Assembly (NCBI GenBank): GCA_034670305.1
Contig: JAXMNT010000038.1
Coordinates: 1-64,000, forward strand
Direction: 5' to 3'
DNA length: 64,000 bases
DNA from: Deltaproteobacteria bacterium
Lineage (GTDB): Bacteria > Myxococcota_A > Polyangia > Polyangiales > Houyiibacteriaceae
Positions 58,967-64,000 of the stretch are shown here, piece by piece. The stretch's first letter is position 1, and each line of letters begins with the position of its first letter. The translations under genes were made by a program, and so were the position numbers. A model generated the notes under the pieces. It made no database searches. It had not been told where the DNA came from and was given only the letters and a program-made list of their open reading frames with translations.

Positions 58967-61900
58967 ATGACGCACACAACCCACCCTTCGATCGCCAACA
59001 GCTACGACGTCGTCGTCGTGGGCGCGGGCCCTGCTGGGGCTGCCGCCTCCGCCGGATTCGCCCGGCGCGGCGCGCGGGTGCTTCTTCTCGAAGCCAACCC
59101 CAAAGCATCGACCCGGCTCGCTGGTGAGTGGATCCACCCAACCGGGGCCGACGTGCTCGCGGGCTTCGGCCTGACCCCGCATGAAGCGACCGCGTCGCAC
59201 ACCCCGAGCCATGGGTTCGTGGTGTTCCCGGACGACGAGTCCGATCCGATCGTGCTTCCTTACGCCGACGGCGCGGTCGGGTTCTCGTGCGAGCACCACG
59301 ATCTGGTGGAGTCGCTTCGGACCCAGGCCCACGCGCTGAGCGGCGTCACCTACCTCGAGCGGGCGCGCGTCACCGAGATCTCGGGCGCCCGCGTCCAGTT
59401 CGCCTACGAAGGTCAGACCCGTGAGGTCCTGGCCGACCGCATCGTGGGCGCAGACGGACGCTCATCCATCGTGCGCAAGAGCCTGGGCGGTCCGACCGAA
59501 GCCGAGGTGATCTCGCACATGGCCGGCGTCGAACTCAACGACGTCGAAGTTCCGTTCGAAGGGTTTGGCCACGTGCTTCTCGGCGGACCCGGCCCGGTGC
59601 TGCTCTACCGCATCGCGCCTGGTCGCGTGCGCGCGTGTCTCGACATCGAAGTCGGTGCGCCCGGTGCCAGACGCGATGCGAGTTACCTGTGGGAAGCGTT
59701 CGCGCCCCGCTTTCCGGCGGCGCTCCGACCCGCGCTCCGCAAAGCGCTCCGATCGCAGCGGCTCACCTGGGCATGCAACCGGTTCTTGCCGCGTGCGTTC
59801 TACGGCGAGGGACGCGCCGCGCTCGTTGGAGACGCGGTCGGCTTCTACCACCCGCTCACCGCGAGCGGCATCAGCATTGGGCTTCGCGATGCCGAAGCGC
59901 TCGTCCGCTCGAACGACGTGGCCAGCTACCAGTCGGAGCGCGAAGCCGCGTCCTATGTGCCGGAGCTGCTCGCGAACGCGCTCTACCAGGTGTTCACCCG
60001 CGAAGACGCCAGTGCAGCGTCGATCCGAGCGGCCGTGTACGACGTCTGGCGCGCCAGCCCGTCGGAGCGTCAGCGCACGATGCGGATCCTCTCCGGTTCC
60101 GAGATCCGCACCGGTCAGTTCGGCAGCGCGTTCGTACGCGTCGCCCTTCGAGCGCTTCGTTCTCAGGCGGCCGACCAGGGCGTGGCCCGTTTCGCGACCG
60201 AGCTCGGCCGCTTCCTGGAGTTCGCCCAGTGGCCTGGCGCGACGGTGGTGCCCGCAGCGATTCGCCGACGCGTCCGCCCGACCGGCACCGCGCTGCAGCC
60301 GCTCCGCGGTCTCGGCGTGAAGCCGACGCTTCCCGAGCTCCCCGAGGTGTCCAGCGCACAGACCTCCGTGACGGTCGATGTCGACGCGTTGCTCGCGAAG
60401 GTTGCCGACGACGTGTCCCAGGCGTCCGTGATCGCGCGGCTCGCCGAACGTCTCGAGACCCACAGCCGACAGGGCGACCTGGACGCCGTGGTGCTCGACT
60501 CCGAGTCGCTGCTTGCGATGTCCGCCGAGACGCCCGCCGACCGGCTGCACCGCGCGCGCGCACTCGCCACCACCCAGCGCCGGTACCCGGGCGCACTGGC
60601 GCGCCACATCGGGCCCGAGCTTCGCCGGATCGCCGGCCGCGTGCGCGCCGACGAAGCCGTGACGAGCCACCCGCGCGATGTGGCCCTCGCGCTCGAGACC
60701 CTCTTTCACTGCGGTGTGCCCGTGTACGACGCGCTTTGTCGCCGGTTCATCCGCGCGCTTGGCGCCGCGCAGACCGAAGACGGAAGCTGGGGCGGTGCGG
60801 TGACCACCGCGATCGTGGCGCGCGCCCTGCTCGTGTCCGAAGCTCCGCTTTGGGCCGCCATCGAGCGGGGGCTCTCGAGCCTCGATGCATCGATCACGCT
60901 CGGGGCGGAAGCCGCCGAAGCACTGACCCTCTACCGAGCGCGCCGCGCCATGCGCCTCACCGCCCGGACCGCCCGCGCCTCCCAGGACGCTCAGCCGGCC
61001 GACCATGCGTACTGTTCCGAGGCACTGCTCGCGGTCTCGCGCAGCTTCGCGCGTCCAATCGAGATGCTGCCCGGCGATCTTCGGAGCGCCGTCACTTGTG
61101 GCTACTTGCTCTGCCGCATCGCCGACACGGTCGAAGACCACCACGGGTTCACCAGGGACGAACGCGACGAGCGCTACGGAACCTTCCTGTCCGCCATCGA
61201 AGGCCCGGCCGACAGCGCGCCGGTCGCGCGGTTCGAGGAACTGTTCGCAGACGTCGAAGGCGAGCCGGCCGAGATCGACCTCTGCCGCAACCTCTCGTCG
61301 GTGTTGCGGGTGTTCCGCGCGCTGCCTGAGGCGATGCAGACCAAGACGATTCGCTGGGTCGCCGAGATGACCCGCGGCATGCAGATCTACTCGCACCGTC
61401 CGCCCGGCAGCGACGACTACACCGCGCTGCACACGGTCGAGGACCTCGAGCGCTACTGCTACTTCGTGGCGGGCACCGTGGGCCACATGCTCACCGACCT
61501 CTTCGTCGAAGAGATCGGCGAAGTCGGCACCAGCGTGGAGCACGCGCTGCGCACCGAAGCCGAAGCGTTTGGTGTTGGCCTGCAGTTCGTGAACATCCTC
61601 AAGGACGTGACCGACGACCGCGAGCGACTCGTCTCGTTCATTCCGCGGACGTCCTGTTTCAAAGAGGGGCTGCAACTCTCGCAGCTCACCGATCCAGCGC
61701 GCCGGTCCGAAGCCCACCAGGTCGTCGCGCCGCTCTTCGACATCGCCCAGGGCCGCCTCGACCGCGCCCTCAACTACGTGCTGGCCATCCCGGCCGAACA
61801 CACCGCCGTGCGGCTCTTCTGTCTGCTGCCGCTCTGGATGGCAGTTCGCACGCTGGTCCATGCGCGCGGCAACGACGCGATGTTCGTGACCGGTGCGCCA

Positions 61901-62044
61901 GTGAAGATCGCCCGCGCCGAAGTCGAACAGCTGATCGCCGACTGCATGGCGCACGTGGGTCAGGACGACCTTCTTCGCGTTCGTTACGACGCGCTCTGGC
62001 GCGCCCCACTTTCCGCCCCGCACACCCAGAGCGCCGTCCACTGA
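58967..62044 (+). CDS. Squalene epoxidase - QW-motif linker - squalene synthase fusion protein
   Basis: GAGPAG, RLAGEWIHP.G, GADG, PVLLYRI, GDAVGFYHPLTASG, LANALYQVF (epoxidase); QTEDGSWG; VSRSF, CRIADTVED, YCYFVAGTVG, GLQFVNILKD, FCLLP (synthase). Confidence 0.88.
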   Translation: MTHTTHPSIANSYDVVVVGAGPAGAAASAGFARRGARVLLLEANPKASTRLAGEWIHPTGADVLAGFGLTPHEATASHTPSHGFVVFPDDESDPIVLPYADGAVGFSCEHHDLVESLRTQAHALSGVTYLERARVTEISGARVQFAYEGQTREVLADRIVGADGRSSIVRKSLGGPTEAEVISHMAGVELNDVEVPFEGFGHVLLGGPGPVLLYRIAPGRVRACLDIEVGAPGARRDASYLWEAFAPRFPAALRPALRKALRSQRLTWACNRFLPRAFYGEGRAALVGDAVGFYHPLTASGISIGLRDAEALVRSNDVASYQSEREAASYVPELLANALYQVFTREDASAASIRAAVYDVWRASPSERQRTMRILSGSEIRTGQFGSAFVRVALRALRSQAADQGVARFATELGRFLEFAQWPGATVVPAAIRRRVRPTGTALQPLRGLGVKPTLPELPEVSSAQTSVTVDVDALLAKVADDVSQASVIARLAERLETHSRQGDLDAVVLDSESLLAMSAETPADRLHRARALATTQRRYPGALARHIGPELRRIAGRVRADEAVTSHPRDVALALETLFHCGVPVYDALCRRFIRALGAAQTEDGSWGGAVTTAIVARALLVSEAPLWAAIERGLSSLDASITLGAEAAEALTLYRARRAMRLTARTARASQDAQPADHAYCSEALLAVSRSFARPIEMLPGDLRSAVTCGYLLCRIADTVEDHHGFTRDERDERYGTFLSAIEGPADSAPVARFEELFADVEGEPAEIDLCRNLSSVLRVFRALPEAMQTKTIRWVAEMTRGMQIYSHRPPGSDDYTALHTVEDLERYCYFVAGTVGHMLTDLFVEEIGEVGTSVEHALRTEAEAFGVGLQFVNILKDVTDDRERLVSFIPRTSCFKEGLQLSQLTDPARRSEAHQVVAPLFDIAQGRLDRALNYVLAIPAEHTAVRLFCLLPLWMAVRTLVHARGNDAMFVTGAPVKIARAEVEQLIADCMAHVGQDDLLRVRYDALWRAPLSAPHTQSAVH

Positions 62045-62081
62045 AAGATTTCGGCTCGTTTCGCGAGCCAGTGAGAACACC

Positions 62082-63185
62082 ATGAAACACGCAAGCGATG
62101 CTCCCATTCTCGTGACCGGCGGCGCCGGTCATGTCGGCGCCAACCTCGTTCACCGCCTCGTCGAAGACGGCCACCGTGTGCGTGTGTTGCTGCGCGCCGG
62201 CGAGAACAACGAATCCGTGCAAGGGCTCGACGTCGAGTCCGCGATCGGCGACCTGCGCGATCCGACTTCGCTGCGCGAAGCGGTCAAGGGATGCCGCCGG
62301 GTCTTTCACGTCGCCTCGATGGTCAGCACCATCGACGGTGACGCCGACCACCGCCGCGCGATCTACGAGACCAACGTCGTCGGCACCCGTCATCTGCTCC
62401 GCGCCGCGCGCGAGCACTCGGTCGAGAAGTTCGTCCTGACGAGCTCCTTCTCTGCGGTCGGCTACGACCTCGACGAGACCGACCAGCCCGCCCACGAAGG
62501 CATGGGGTTCTACCCGTTCCACCGCGCGATGCCCTACGAGCGCACCAAGGTGCTCCAGGAGCACGAAGTGCTCAAAGCCGTCGTCGAAGGTCTCGATGCG
62601 TGCATCGTCACGAGCTGCGCAGTCATCGGCGCGCACGACTACCTGCCGAGCCGCATGGGCCGCACGATGGCCAAGTTCGCCAACCGGAAGCTGAACGCCT
62701 ACGTGCCGGGCGGCTTCGAGTTCGTCGCCGCGCGCGACATCGTGGCGGGCCACCTGCTCGGCATGGAACGCGGCCGCGTCGGACAGAAGTACGTCATCGC
62801 GAGCCAGTTCCTCACGCTCGACGACATCTGGGACATGCTCGAAGAGATCACCGGCCAGCCGCGCCCGCGCTTCAAGGTGCCGAGCGCCGCGCTCTTGCCG
62901 ATCGCCGAGCTCAGCAGCTGGATGATGTACCGCATCAGCCCGCGCTTCCCCCAGCTCCTCACACCGGGCGCGATCCGGCGGCTGCAGCTCCGCCGCCACG
63001 CGGACACGAGCAAAGCCCGCCGCGAGCTCGGCTTCGTGCCGACCCCGATGGAGGAAGCGTTTGCCGAGGCCTACGCGTTCCACTTCTCGAGGGGCGCGAT
63101 CACCCACCCCGAGGCCAAGAAGCCCGTTGCGCCGAAACCCTCGCGCACCGCGCCCATCCACTCCGACATCCGAATCCACGCCTGA
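62082..63185 (+). CDS. NAD(P)-dependent 3-beta-HSD-type SDR, SdmB-like
   Basis: LVTGGAGHVGANLV, GDLRD, TSSF, YERTK, AYVPGGFEFV, KARRELG. Confidence 0.82.
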   Translation: MKHASDAPILVTGGAGHVGANLVHRLVEDGHRVRVLLRAGENNESVQGLDVESAIGDLRDPTSLREAVKGCRRVFHVASMVSTIDGDADHRRAIYETNVVGTRHLLRAAREHSVEKFVLTSSFSAVGYDLDETDQPAHEGMGFYPFHRAMPYERTKVLQEHEVLKAVVEGLDACIVTSCAVIGAHDYLPSRMGRTMAKFANRKLNAYVPGGFEFVAARDIVAGHLLGMERGRVGQKYVIASQFLTLDDIWDMLEEITGQPRPRFKVPSAALLPIAELSSWMMYRISPRFPQLLTPGAIRRLQLRRHADTSKARRELGFVPTPMEEAFAEAYAFHFSRGAITHPEAKKPVAPKPSRTAPIHSDIRIHA

Positions 63186-63188
63186 GCC

Positions 63189-64000
63189 ATGAGCAGAGTT
63201 TACGTTCAGCAAGATGCCCCGCCGCCTTCGTTCGAAGAGGCGAAGAACACCCGTCAGAAGGTGCGCGCCGCCGGCATGCACCCCGACTACTGGTACCCCG
63301 CGGCCTGGGCCAAAGATCTCAAGCCCGGCGAAGTGAAGGAAGTCGTCTTCTGGAAGCGCAGCATCGCGCTCTTCCGGGGCGACGACGGGCAGGTCCGCGC
63401 CATCGACAACCGGTGCGCGCACCGGCAGCTCAAGCTCACCACCGGCCACGTCGAGGGCTGCAACCTCGTCTGCCCGTACCACGGTTGGGCGTACGACGGG
63501 CAGGGCCGCGTCGTGGACATTCCGCACTCGCTCTTCGGTCGCAAGTTCCCGAAGTTCCAGGTGCCCTCGATCCCCGTGAAGGTGAAGCACGGCCTCATCT
63601 TCATCTTCCCCGGCGACCCGGAGAAGTCCGAGGACGTGGCGCCCCCGGACATCCCTGAGCTCGAAGGCAAGAACCCCTGGCCGACCGTCTGCGTGGACTC
63701 CACCTGGAAGGCCCACCACTCGATGATCATGGACAACGTGAGCGACTTCACGCACGCGTTTCTCCACCGTCGCTTCAAGCCCTTCGACGACGCCAAGCTC
63801 ATTCACTACGAGACCATCGGCGACACCGTCGAACTCGAGTACGAGACCAAGGTCGGACGCGGACCCATCAGTGGACTCTTCGTCGACCGAAGCCGCGTCG
63901 ACTCCGACTCGATGAAGCTCGGGTACGAGTACCCGTACCAGCGCAGCAACACGGACAACCAGATCAAACACTGGTGCTTCGTGCGGCCGATCGACGAACG
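63189..64000 (+). CDS. Rieske non-heme iron oxygenase, SdmA-like; runs off the window end
   Basis: My translation: DYWYP, NRCAHR...CPYHGW (Rieske), DNVSDFTHAFLH (mononuclear Fe site); absent from the ORF track because it has no stop in the window. Confidence 0.88.
   Translation, partial: MSRVYVQQDAPPPSFEEAKNTRQKVRAAGMHPDYWYPAAWAKDLKPGEVKEVVFWKRSIALFRGDDGQVRAIDNRCAHRQLKLTTGHVEGCNLVCPYHGWAYDGQGRVVDIPHSLFGRKFPKFQVPSIPVKVKHGLIFIFPGDPEKSEDVAPPDIPELEGKNPWPTVCVDSTWKAHHSMIMDNVSDFTHAFLHRRFKPFDDAKLIHYETIGDTVELEYETKVGRGPISGLFVDRSRVDSDSMKLGYEYPYQRSNTDNQIKHWCFVRPIDE

Noticed and set aside
62052-62070. Further copy of the GCGAAGC repeat family on the minus strand
   Set aside because: Only the short hairpin core resembles it; the flanking consensus is absent
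36306-63971. Many long antisense or alternate-frame ORFs (e.g. 36306-40682, 38000-40582, 59462-62107, 61770-63971)
   Set aside because: Typical high-GC shadow ORFs, Arg/Gly/Ala-rich with no motifs, overlapping well-supported genes

Overview
High-GC bacterial DNA that looks myxobacterial (Polyangiales/Sandaracinaceae-like): many Cys/Asp-rich lipoproteins, MYXO-CTERM-like tails, an FHA-domain enhancer-binding protein and a Hanks kinase. It holds about 45 credible genes, including tmRNA next to sspB, a maltose-type ABC transporter, a GH19 chitinase, a class D beta-lactamase-like protein, HMG-CoA synthase and the start of a sterol-type operon. The most unusual items are: (1) a single ORF fusing squalene epoxidase, a QW-motif linker and squalene synthase, followed by SdmB-like and SdmA-like genes; (2) a RAYT/Y1 HUH transposase enclosed by ~250-bp inverted repeats that align without gaps over 207 nt; (3) a 565-bp nested IS5-like shell carrying hairpin ends, inverted hexamer tracts and a four-helix-bundle gene tail, whose right end recurs at the window start; (4) an orphan barstar-Imm1-barstar multi-immunity protein; (5) a dispersed ~38-bp GCGAAGC-hairpin repeat family. 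All calls come from motif reading by eye; no database search was run, and most start codons are my choice among alternatives.
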